From the NCBI GenBank assembly GCA_951406725.2, contig OX597827.1, positions 76,384,001-76,448,000 on the forward strand: a stretch of DNA of 64,000 nt, read 5' to 3'. The notes under the pieces were generated by a model, which was given only the letters and a program-made list of their open reading frames with translations, searched no databases and was not told the DNA's origin. The position numbers and the translations under genes are program-made. This document shows, in pieces, positions 1-10,858 of this stretch. This DNA comes from Octopus vulgaris (lineage: Eukaryota). Each line of letters begins with the position of its first letter. The first letter of the stretch is position 1.

Positions 1-249
1 GTTAAGAATTGTTTCTCTATTATATATTTTAACCCATTTCTTACCATTGGCTTGTTAGTTGATAGCTTTGAAATTCAAGTCAAAATATTATTCATCAAAC
101 TACTTATAATGGACTTAAGGTGTTTAGACAATTTATGAATGTACCAAAGACATTCATTAGGCTTATAGAATGGCCAGTAGAGCTCAGATTTACGTTTGAA
201 TATTATTTTTGAGAATTTATTATTTTCTTTTCCTTAAAAGTAGGTGTGG

Positions 250-618
250 CACAGACATGGCTGTGTGGTTATGAAGCTTGCTTTGTGATCACATGGCTTC
301 GGGTTCAGCCCTACTGTGCTGGAGCAAGTGATTTCTGCTATAGCCCTGGGCCAATCAATGCCCTGTGAGCCTGTTTGGGAGATGTAAAGTGTGTGGAAGT
401 CAGATGTCTGTATGTCTTTGAGTCTATCTCCCACTCCTGCTTGACAACCAATGTTGGTTTGTTTATATCCCTTTAACTTAGCGGCTCAGCAAATGAAACT
501 GATAGAATAAATATCAGGCTTAAAATAAGTACTGGGGTTGATTTGTTTGACTAGACCCTTGAAGACAGTGCCCCAGCATGGCCACAGTCCAATGGCTGCA
601 GCGAGTAAAAGATAAAAG
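250..618 (+). mobile_element. tRNA-derived SINE, family B (diverged copy)
   Basis: Head atggctgtgtggtt...gggttcagcc (A/B-box-like) and 3' part ttgacaacc...ccccagcatggccacagtc...aaaagataaaag are shared with many other copies in the window. Confidence 0.7.
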
Positions 619-944
619 CAATGGACAGATTGAACTGAGCCAAAGGAAGTTAGAAGGTCCAGCTTAGAAAAATTCTTTGTCCAAGGGTTATTATGGCAGC
701 TGCTGCACCGTTCAGGCAGCAATTATTGAAATATATTAGTCAGATGTACTTAACAAATGACAAACGAATTGATTTAAATATCATTAATGATGTCTTTGTT
801 GTTTTTTCTACACTAAAGTTGCTACAGCACACACACATACACACACGCACATGCACATGCACACACACGCTTTGTCATCATCATCATTATCATCATCATT
901 TGACATCCACGTTCCATGCCTGCTTGGGCTGAACGCATCTGTGT

Positions 945-1325
945 CTTTTAGCTTTCACTTGTTTCAGTCATTAAACTGTGGCCATACTGGGGCACCACAT
1001 GGAAGAATTTTCAGTTGAATGTGAAGATCCCAGTACTTTTTTTTTTAATCCTGGAACTTATTCTATTGATCTCCATTGCTGGACTGCTAAGTTATGGGGA
1101 TGCAAACACACCAACAGCAGTTATCAAGTATGGTGGTAGTGGGGGGACAGACAGACAGACATATACAATGGCCTTCTTTTCAGTTTCCGTCTACCAAATC
1201 TTTTTGCAAGGCTTTGGTCAGCTTGAAGCTATAGCAGAATACACCTGCTCAAGATACCATGCAATGGGACTAAACCTGGAACCATGTGGTTGAGAAGCAA
1301 ACTTCTTATCTCTTAGCCACACCTG
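945..1325 (-). mobile_element. SINE family B copy
   Basis: Reverse complement of the family B body (ttcagtttccgtctaccaaatc...gggactaaacctggaaccatgtggtt). Confidence 0.7.
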
Positions 1326-1393
1326 CTTATATATATATATATAGCCATCTGTGTCTCATACTTAATGCAAATTTATCATAAAAGGTAAATTAA

Positions 1394-1619
1394 CCCATTA
1401 AGTCCCACTGTTCTATAAATAGGACACTAAATGAGAACATTAAATAAGCTATATCACATTGTCTCAGTGTCCTATTTATAGGACAGGGACCGAGTATTTC
1501 CATTTCTACTTGAAGTAAAGGAGTTTTAATAATTATTTTTTTCATTTTAACCTATTTTCAATCATCTGTAAAAATTTAATAGTAATATTCAGAAATTTAA
1601 GTACCTGGGATTTAATGGG
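1394..1619. mobile_element. piggyBac-like MITE
   Basis: TTAA on both sides (1390-1393, 1620-1623); TIRs cccattaagtccca / tgggatttaatggg; internal inverted pair ctataaataggacact / agtgtcctatttatag. Confidence 0.75.
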
Positions 1620-2031
1620 TTAACTGTAATATTCATTGAAACATGATATCTATTGTGGATGTATTTTGTTTAAAAACACAAATATGTCAACAGTAGCAAA
1701 TGAAAAATTGTCCTGCAGCAAGACACTCAATCCTGTTCCTCCATCATACTTCAGCCTCTCAACATCTAGCACAAAACCCACCTCCTTCAACACTGCACCC
1801 CCACCTTCAGTTGAAGGGTTTCGTCTCGCAAGTTTACTTGGGTGACCAAACTAGTGCCAATTCCACAAACGCCAAAAACCTGTGCACTCTGCAAAGTGTG
1901 GTTGGTGTTAGAAAGGGCCTCCAACTGCACAGACTACACCAAAGCAGAGTTTGGATCTTAATACAGTTCTTCGACTCATCAGATCTGTTGAACCATCCAA
2001 CCGACGCTAGCATGGGATGCAGGCATTAAAT

Positions 2032-2573
2032 CAGTGATTCTCAACCATTTTTAACCGATGGATCCTTTTGATTCCTAGTAGACTGGGGTGGACCCTCACA
2101 GCCAGTCCTGGTTCAAAAAAAAAATCCTATCATGTTTTTATAATTAAATCATCATCATCATCGTTTAACGTCTGCTTTCCATGCTGGCATGGGTTGGACG
2201 GTTTGACTGAAAGCTGGTTAGCCAGGAAGCTGCACCAGGTTCCGATCTGATTTGGGAAGGTATCTATGACTGGATGCTTTTCCTAATGCCAACCACTCCA
2301 AGAGTGTAGGAGGTGCCTTTTACGTGCCATTGATCTGACACCAGCATTGGCCATGTCTACGATCTCACTTGGTTTGATATGTCTACACAAGCAGGATATA
2401 TTGCCAAAGGTTTCGCTCACCTGTCACCGCTTCTGTGAGGGCCAACACTCAAACGGAATTCTATGAAAACCAATTAAAGTGTTTTGTGAATTGTTGAAGT
2501 TTAAACAATTTATTGCACATAAATTTTATGTGGACCCTCCAAGGGTCACATGGTCTGTGGTTGAGAACCACAG
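2032..2573. mobile_element. hAT-like MITE interrupted by a family C repeat (about 2149-2450)
   Basis: Termini cagtgattctcaacc / ggttgagaaccacag; body homologous to copies at 23314-24488 and 33145-33402. Confidence 0.65.
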
Positions 2574-2852
2574 ATAGATATATGATGGGCTTCTTACAGT
2601 TTCTATTTCAGTCACATTCGTTGGTCACATGACATTGTCAGTCTGAAGCATTGGGCAAGGTGCCATGTAGTGGGATTGAACCCAAAAACATAGTTGTAAA
2701 GCTGGTTTCTCAACCACACACACCCATGCCTGCACCTGTGTGTGTTATCTCTGTCCATCCTATCTATCTATTTATCTGTCTATCTTTATGTGTATGCCCC
2801 CCCCTCTCTCTGTATATATATATATATGTGTGTGTGTGTATGTATGTATATA

Positions 2853-3235
2853 TCATCATCATTTAACGTCCATTGTCTCCATTGGCATGGATTGGACGGT
2901 TAGACTGGGAAGCTGGCACAGTGGAAGGCTGCACCAGACTCCAATCTGATTTGGCATGGCTTTCTATGGCTGGATGCCCTTCCTAATGCCAACCACTCTG
3001 AGAATGTGATGGGTGCTTTTATGTGCCACCAGAACAGGTACCATTTGCATGACACCGGAGTGTTTTTGCATGCCACTGGCATGGGTGCCAATTTGCGTGA
3101 CACCAGTATCTGCCACAACTGTGATTTTGCTCAGCTTGATGGGTCTTCTTCTCAAGCACAACATAATGCCAAAGGTCTTGGTTGCCTCCATGAAGCTCAC
3201 CACTAGAAAGGCACTCTGCCACTTTGCCTCAGTGA
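2853..3235 (-). mobile_element. Family C (GAT)n-tailed SINE-like retroposon
   Basis: catcatcatttaacgtcc...ggatgcccttcctaatgccaaccac motif, present in more than 10 copies in the window. Confidence 0.7.
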
Positions 3236-3661
3236 GGCATATCTATATCTATAATGAAAATATCATCATCTTTTACTGCCCATCTTCCATACTTGCATGG
3301 GGTGGATGTTTTGACAGGATCCAACAGGTACAAGAACTACATCATGCTCCAGTCTCTGCTTTGGCATGGTTTCTAGGGCTGGTTCTCTTTCCTAATGCCA
3401 ACCATTTTGTCATGTGCAATGGGTGTTTTGTTTTTTTCATGGCACCAGCACTGGTGAAATTGTCATGCAGCTCGCAAATCTAAGATTCCCTTCACTTGGT
3501 AGGGCAACAGTTGAGAAAGGAGGTGAAGGGCTAAAGTATGAGAGAAGGGGCCACAACAGAAAAGCTTTCTTACAGCAGAGAAGCTACATAGCTATTCACA
3601 TTGTAGAAGAGTATGTGGGATGGAGCTAAAAAGAGAGATGAAATTGTAGTGATGCATCAAG

Positions 3662-3830
3662 GTAGGGTCAGTTGGGCACCGTCTGTAAGAAAAACAGTAC
3701 CATGACACAATTTACTCTGCCAGAAATTTGGCATTCATGCCTGTAGCTCCAATACTAAAATTTCAGTGTGTTTTGGTGTCATTCTGAGGACATGTACTGG
3801 GAGTCATAAAAATCAAACATCTAGAATGTG
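3662..3830 (+). mobile_element. 5' fragment of the DD37D/maT-like transposon seen at 7920-8705
   Basis: gtagggtcagttgggcaccgtctgtaagaaaaacag is the reverse complement of sequence at about 8665-8701. Confidence 0.6.
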
Positions 3831-3871
3831 AACAGAAGTCTGTTTGTCTATTTATCTATCTATATATCTGC

Positions 3872-4410
3872 CGGGTGGTTGGTGTTAGGAAGGGCATCCA
3901 CCCGTAAAAACCGTGCCAGACACAGACACAGAAGTCTGGTGCAGTCATCTGCCTGGTCAGTTCCTCTCAAACCGTCCAACCCATGCCAGCATGGAAAGTG
4001 GACGTTAAACGATGATGATGATGGTATCTGTTGAAACCGTGGCAAATCAGACATAGAATCTAGCAGAGCCCTCTGGCTCGTCTGTTCTTGACAAACCTAT
4101 TTCATTATTACCCACAAGGGGCTAAACATAGAGGGGACAAACAAGGACAGACATAGGTATTAAGTCGATTACATCGACCCCAGTGCGTAACTGGTACTTA
4201 ATTTATCGACCCGAAAGGATGAAAGGCAAAGTCGACCTCGGCGGAATTTGAACTCAGAACGTAATGGCAGACGAAATACCACAAAGCATTTCGCCCGACG
4301 TGCTAACGTTTCTGCCAGCTCGCCGCCTTCTGTTCTTGACAAACCGTCCAACCCATGCCAGCATGGGAAAAAAAGGATGTTAAATGATGACGACGACGAT
4401 GACGATGATA
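3872..4410 (+). mobile_element. Two adjacent family C 3' ends, the second interrupted by a SINE A
   Basis: ccgtccaacccatgccagcatgg...gttaaa(c/t)gatga tails ending near 4023 and 4408. Confidence 0.65.
4098..4328 (-). mobile_element. Full-length tRNA-derived SINE, family A, with 17-bp TSD
   Basis: Perfect direct repeat tctgttcttgacaaacc at 4081-4097 and 4329-4345; on the - strand, A box tggcagaaacgttag and B box gagttcaaattc. Confidence 0.85.
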
Positions 4411-4517
4411 TTAATGTGAAAATGCAGATATTTTCCACACAATATATCTACACAAACAACATATACACCATGTCTGTATAGCTGTGTGGTGCCTCTTGCT
4501 TTCAGATCACTCCAACT

Positions 4518-4565
<48 letters not shown>

Positions 4566-4762
4566 ACACACATGAAAAAAACAAAAAAACAAAGCAATTC
4601 CAGATAAACCAAATTAAAATATCTTTATTTCACCTCTAAAGAAATTTACTCCTTCAATAGGGAAAATATTATTTTTCAGATTGAAAATCCGCATTTTTTT
4701 TTCCCCTCTGTAAATTTGTTTTGAATATAAATTATGTATGTAAGAACGTATACACTCACTCA

Positions 4763-4765
<3 letters not shown>

Positions 4766-4817
<52 letters not shown>

Positions 4818-4891
4818 TTGTGTGCTCATGTATATGGTGATATGTAGGTATGTGGTTTGTGTGTGTATGAATATATGCTTATATATATATG

Positions 4892-4923
<32 letters not shown>

Positions 4924-5058
4924 CGTATATATGTGTGTATATATGCGTGTATGTGTGTTTATATATATATATATATGTGTGTATCTATGTATGTATATAT
5001 GTATATATATATGTGTGTGTGTGTATGTACATGTATATATGTTGTACATATGTGTATG

Positions 5059-5101
<43 letters not shown>

Positions 5102-5204
5102 GCATGTTTATACAGTCATTTATGTATATATGTGTCTTTATATCTGTATGTATATATGTGTTCATATTCATGCATATATATATATATATATATGCATGAA
5201 TATG

Positions 5205-5273
<69 letters not shown>

Positions 5274-5330
5274 TCTTATATGATAGATATATTTTGTCAA
5301 TGTGTGTGAGAGAGAAAGAGAAAGAGAGAG
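4766..5330. repeat. (TA)n/(TG)n/(CA)n compound microsatellite
   Basis: Direct inspection. Confidence 0.95.
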
Positions 5331-5564
5331 AGAAGATCCTTAATAATGTTTTATATATTTGCGTAGTTCCTTCATTGCCTCTCGATTTGTCTTTGTATGG
5401 TTCTCTCTTCTCTCTGGTTCGGTTGGGGGCCATCTCTTTACAATTTACTCTTTCCCTCTCCATTTTCTTTCTACATATTTAACTTTTTGTCTTTCTGTCT
5501 ATTTAACTATCTTTTTATCTATTTCACTACCTATATGTCTATATATTTTGCTTGTCTATTTTTT

Positions 5565-5567
5565 TGA

Positions 5568-5619
<52 letters not shown>

Positions 5620-5681
5620 ATCTATCTATCTATCTATCATCTATCTATCTATCTATTTAAGCATATGTATGTATTTCTACG

Positions 5682-5713
<32 letters not shown>

Positions 5714-5716
5714 AAT

Positions 5717-5749
<33 letters not shown>

Positions 5750-5776
5750 ATCTATCTATCTATCTATCTATCTATC

Positions 5777-5807
<31 letters not shown>

Positions 5808-6072
5808 CATGTCTATCCGTTTCTCTATCTGTTTATCTATCTGTCTGTATGTCTGTCTGTCTATCTATCCATCTCTCTATCTATCTATTTATCCATATCT
5901 CTGTCTAACTATCTGTCTATCTACTTTTCTTTGTCTATCCATCTCTATACCTGCCTGCCTTTCTATCTGTCTGTCTGTCTCTCTCCCTATCTACCTACCT
6001 ACCTACCTACCCACCCACCCATCCATCCATCCATCCATCCATCCATCCATCCATCCATCCATCCATCCATCC

Positions 6073-6111
<39 letters not shown>

Positions 6112-6113
6112 CC

Positions 6114-6154
<41 letters not shown>

Positions 6155-6155
6155 C
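5565..6155. repeat. (TATC)n/(CATC)n/(TACC)n compound tetranucleotide microsatellite
   Basis: Direct inspection. Confidence 0.95.
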
Positions 6156-6427
6156 TTGTCTGTCTACCTTTTTCTATTTATCTGTTTCTTTCTTTCTCTC
6201 TCTTTCTTTCCCTCCGTTTGTATCCCCCCTCCCATCCACCTTCCATTTTCTTCTTTCCGTCTCCCTCCCTCATACTACTACAAGTACACACACACACACA
6301 CACACACATCCACAGCGTCAGCCAAAGAATGGTCCAACATGATTCATTTAACTTCAAACTAGAACGAGACAAATTTAATAGAAAAATGGGAAAAAATTTG
6401 AAGAAAAATTGCAAAAGAATAACAATA

Positions 6428-6431
6428 GTAG

Positions 6432-6462
<31 letters not shown>

Positions 6463-6935
6463 GGTGGATGTTGCATGATGGGGATGTGACAGGGATTTTG
6501 GTGGTGGTGGTGGTGGTGGTGGTGGAGGTTGTTGTATGATGGTTGTGTGTTGGGGATTGTGGCTGGGTGGTGGTGGTGGTAGCAGTGAATGCTGTGAGAT
6601 ATTTGATAGTGATGGTGGGGGGTTGTGGTGATGGTGGTAGTGGTGGTTCTGGAGACGGGGGTTTTCTTTCTTTACTGCATGGTGGTGGTTTGTGGTGGTG
6701 CAAGTCAGTATTGGAGGTGATTGTGTTGGTGTCGTTACCTGAGGTGGTGATGTTGGCGGCAGTGGTGGTGGCGGCAGTGGTGGTGGCGGCAGTGGTGGTG
6801 GTAGTGGTTTTTAACAAAAATGGTGTTAGTTGTTGTGTTGGTGTTACCTGAGATGTAGCTGATGGTGATGCTGGTGTTGTTGGTGGTGGTATTATTGATA
6901 GCAATGTTGTTGTTGTTGTTGTTGGTGGTGGTAGT
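6428..6935. repeat. (GGT)n/(GAT)n/(GTT)n degenerate trinucleotide tract
   Basis: Direct inspection. Confidence 0.85.
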
Positions 6936-7045
6936 TTTAGCAGAGATGGTGTTTGGAGTGGTGTTGTGCTAGTGGTGCTTTTAACAGAAATGCTGGAAGT
7001 CTTGCATCAAGTTTCAATTCCCAATGGACATTGAAAGAGCCCGTC

Positions 7046-7120
<75 letters not shown>

Positions 7121-7174
7121 TACATATATATATACACACAAACACACACACACACATATATATATATACATATA

Positions 7175-7810
7175 TACGATGGGCTTCTTTCAGATTCCGT
7201 CTACCAAATCCACTCACAAGGCTTTGGTCGGCCCAAGACTATAGTAGAAGACACTTACCCAAGATGCCACGCAGTGGGACTGAACCCGGAACCATGTGGT
7301 TGGTAAACAAGCTACTTACCACACAGCCACTCCCGCGCCTATATATATATATATATATATCATCATCGTTTAACGTCATATAAATATATATATTCTTTTA
7401 TTTGTTTCAGTCGTTTGGCTTTGGCCATGCTGGAACACTGCCTTTAGTCGGATAAATTGACCCTTGGACTTATTCGTTGTAAGCCTGGTACTTATTCTAT
7501 TGGCCTCATTTGCTGAACTGCTATGTTATGTGGATGCAAACACGCCGACATCGGGTGTCAAGCGATGGTGGGGGGACAAACACAGATGCAAGGACACACA
7601 AACATATATACATATACATGTACATATATATATATATACACACACACATGTGTGTGATGGGCTTCTTTCAGTTTCTGTTTACCAAATCCCCTCACAAGAC
7701 TTTGGTCGGCCCGAGTCTAATTTAGAAGACTCTTGCCCAAGGTGCCACGCAGTGGGACTGAACCTGGAACCATGTGGTTGGGAAGCAAGTTTCTTACCAT
7801 ACAGCCACAT
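7175..7810 (-). mobile_element. Two SINE family B copies (about 7175-7340 and 7395-7810)
   Basis: Both carry gatgggcttctttcag...gcagtgggactgaacc(c/t)ggaaccatgtggttgg; the second also has the 3' module and an internal TA/CA microsatellite. Confidence 0.75.
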
Positions 7811-7919
7811 ACAGAGTGTAGTGAATAACCTATCATCTAAATTACGCAAAAATGAAAATAACACTGATATCTCATTTTCAGATATATTTACCAAAATTAC
7901 ATAAAAATATCTTGAAATA

Positions 7920-8705
7920 TTTAAGAGTAAATTTATTCACTGAAATCCCCATTGGCTTCAACTTTGGAATCTCCTGCAACTCTTCTGGATGGTCTCTTTG
8001 TTTAAGTTGGTGAATGCTGCCATAATCCTTGCCTTCAATTCATCTTTGGTGTTACAAGGAGTTTTGTTGGTCTCTCGCTCAACTGCACCCCACACATAAT
8101 AATCAAAGGGGTTGCAGTCTGGGGAGTTAGGTGGCCAGATGTTAGGGGTGATGTGGTCACAGAAATTGTCTGACAGCCATGACTGGGTTCTCCTGCTTGT
8201 GTGACATCGTGCAGAGTCCTGTTGCCAGACATAGGGTCTTCCAGCAGCCACCCTCTTGACACAGAGCAGCACTACCTCCTCTAGGCGCATGATGTAGGCC
8301 TCCGTGTTGAGTCTGAGGCCATGTGGGAAGATGAATGGAGGTATAATGTTGCCATCACACAGTGATCACTCCAAACACATGATGTTGACTGGATGTTTGT
8401 TTTCGAGCTTCCAATGCAAATGCCAAGCAGTAGAGCAGAGTCCTGTTGCCAGACATAGGGTCTTTCAGCACTTTTTTGACCCAGAGCAGCACTACCTCCT
8501 CTAGGTGTGTGGAAAGAGGAATGGAGGCATAATGTCACCATCACTAGAGATCACTCCAAACACCATGATGTCAACTGGATGTTTACTTTGGAGCTTCTAA
8601 TGCAAATGCCAAGCAGTAGAGCATGTCATTTCCAAATTTCTGGCCGAGTGAATTATGTCATGCTGCTGTTTTTCTTACAGACGGTGCCCAACTGACCCTA
8701 CTATA
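7920..8705 (-). mobile_element. Decayed Tc1/mariner-superfamily DD37D (maT-type) transposon, rearranged
   Basis: ORF 7958-8290 encodes WQQDSARCH...WPPNSPDCNPFDYYVWG with 37 residues between the 2nd and 3rd catalytic Asp; most of the N-terminal part is missing and an internal segment is duplicated. Confidence 0.8.
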
Positions 8706-9205
8706 CTGTGTAGTTAACAAAATCAAAAACAAACAATGTGCATGCACGAAATTAAAGATATAAAATAGTGACAATTTAACCCATCGCACCCTCTGTGTGT
8801 GTGTGTGCTTTTGTGTTTGTCCCCCCATTGTTACTTGACATCTGATATTGGTTTGTCCCCGCAACTTAGCAGCTCAGCAAAAGGAACCAACAGAATAAAT
8901 ATGAGGCTTTCGAAAACAGAAAGTCCTAACGTTGATTTGCTTGACTAAAAATTCTTCAACGTGGTGCCCCAGCATGGCCACAGTCAAATGACTGAAATGA
9001 ACCAAAGATGAAAGATAAAAGACACACAGACGCGTGCACCTGAGTATCTATTTATAACAGTTTGAAAAATAGGGATTTTTATAAAATATGTGGCAGATTT
9101 AAAATTAAGAAGTGGAATCGATAGGTGCTGCTCCAGCATGGCAAGGGTTAGAGTGACAGGAAGAACATCCAGCTGTAAAAAATAATGTGTCACTAATGGT
9201 CATCA

Positions 9206-9583
9206 TCTCTCTCTGTATAAACGGCAGTTTGTGCGTTTTCTGTGTGTCTGTTTTCTCGTACCCTCACCCTGACCACGGCTTTCAACCGATTCTGATGAAA
9301 CTTGACACACACATAGCCCAATGTCATAATTCAAAACTAACGCAGCGAAAATTTTGAAAAGTTCCCCCAGTTCTGAAAAATCGATAAATTCGACATGGGG
9401 TCGAGAATCAGAAACCCAAACCACAGACCGTCTAGGGGACGCAACTCCACCTTTTTTAACTCTCAAAAAAAATTTACCATCATTTTTTTTCCATTTTTTT
9501 GCTATTTTTTGGCTATAACTCTCTAAAAATGCTTTATAGTTATTTCCCTTACAAACCTGAGCAACGCCGGGCGATACTGCTAG
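9206..9583 (+). mobile_element. Non-autonomous Helitron
   Basis: Starts TC after an A, ends CTAG before a T, has a GC-rich subterminal hairpin cctgagcaacgccggg (9556-9571), and no TIR or TSD. Confidence 0.7.
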
Positions 9584-10372
9584 TATATATATATACATAT
9601 ATATATATATATACACACACACATATATATACATAAATATATATACACACACACACATACATACATACATACACACATCCACACATACACACGCATGCAC
9701 ATACATACATACATACATACACACATACATACACACATACATACATACATACATACACACATACATACATACACACATACATACATACACACATACATAC
9801 ATACACACATACATACATACATACATACATACATACATACATACACACATCCACACATACACACGCATGCACATACATACATACATACACACATACATAC
9901 ATACATACATACACACATACATACATACACACATACATACACACATACATACACACATACATACATACATACATACACACATACATACATACACACATAC
10001 ATACACACATACATACACACGTACATACATACATACATACACACATACATTCATACATACACACACATACATACATACACACATACATGCATAAACACAT
10101 ACATACAGACAGACATACACACATACATACACACATACATACACACATACATACACACATACACACAGACATACACACATACATACACACATACATACAC
10201 ACATACATACACACATACATACACACATACAAATATACATACACACATACATACACACATACATACATACATAGACACATACATACACACATACATACAA
10301 ATATACATACACACATACATACATACACACACACATACACACATACATACATATACAGAGAGAGAGAGAAAG
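9584..10372. repeat. (TACA)n/(CACA)n microsatellite, about 780 bp
   Basis: Direct inspection; source of several spurious MYVC/HTYI ORFs. Confidence 0.95.
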
Positions 10373-10559
10373 AGAGTTAATTATATCATTAACAACAATT
10401 TATCTTAGAACATTTAATGTTGTATAGTATTGTGGCTGAAGACTGGGTTTTTGGTATAGATATAAATATTGTCTTGCTGATGATAATGATGATGATGACA
10501 TTCCAAAGATGTTTAGTCAAAATTCGTCTGAAGTATTTCTGTTTAAACGTCAGTATGAT

Positions 10560-10598
10560 TTTTTTTTATCTCTAAATCTTGTCTTTTATCTTTCACAG
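10560..10598 (+). other. Candidate splice acceptor of the ZNF coding exon
   Basis: Polypyrimidine tract ending tttcacAG (10597-10598), followed by a shift to GC-balanced unique sequence. Confidence 0.55.
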
Positions 10599-10858
10599 AT
10601 CACTCAACAGTGGCGCCACCTGGCTATGGTCAGTGATGACTTTCTACCTGCCGGATGGCCCGACTTTCACCGTCTTCAGATTGACCACAGAATTCAGTTG
10701 TCATTGTCCTGCATCGGAGAGAGAGACGTATCAAAGCAGCACAAGCATCAAATGTATACATTTTGTATATTGCTGCCAAAGAGCCACACAGTGCACATGT
10801 AATCGTGTCTAAGTCCACCTCGGTCCTTTATCAAGTTGTCAAGCAGGAACAGTTTAAA

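Noticed and set aside
4822-6362. Long ORFs (up to 327 aa) of YIYI/LSIY type
   Set aside because: Translations of TA/TG/TATC microsatellites that lack stop codons.
9290-9305. ctgatgaaac hammerhead-like word
   Set aside because: No room for stem II between the boxes; it is part of the Helitron body.
9203-10408. 381-aa and overlapping MYVC/HTYI ORFs
   Set aside because: (TACA)n microsatellite artefacts.
10763-10858. ORF-track N-terminal extension of the + strand ZNF (and likewise 57395-57442 for the - strand gene)
   Set aside because: Both begin at TTG, which is not a standard eukaryotic start; the first ATGs were used. Upstream coding exons cannot be fully excluded.
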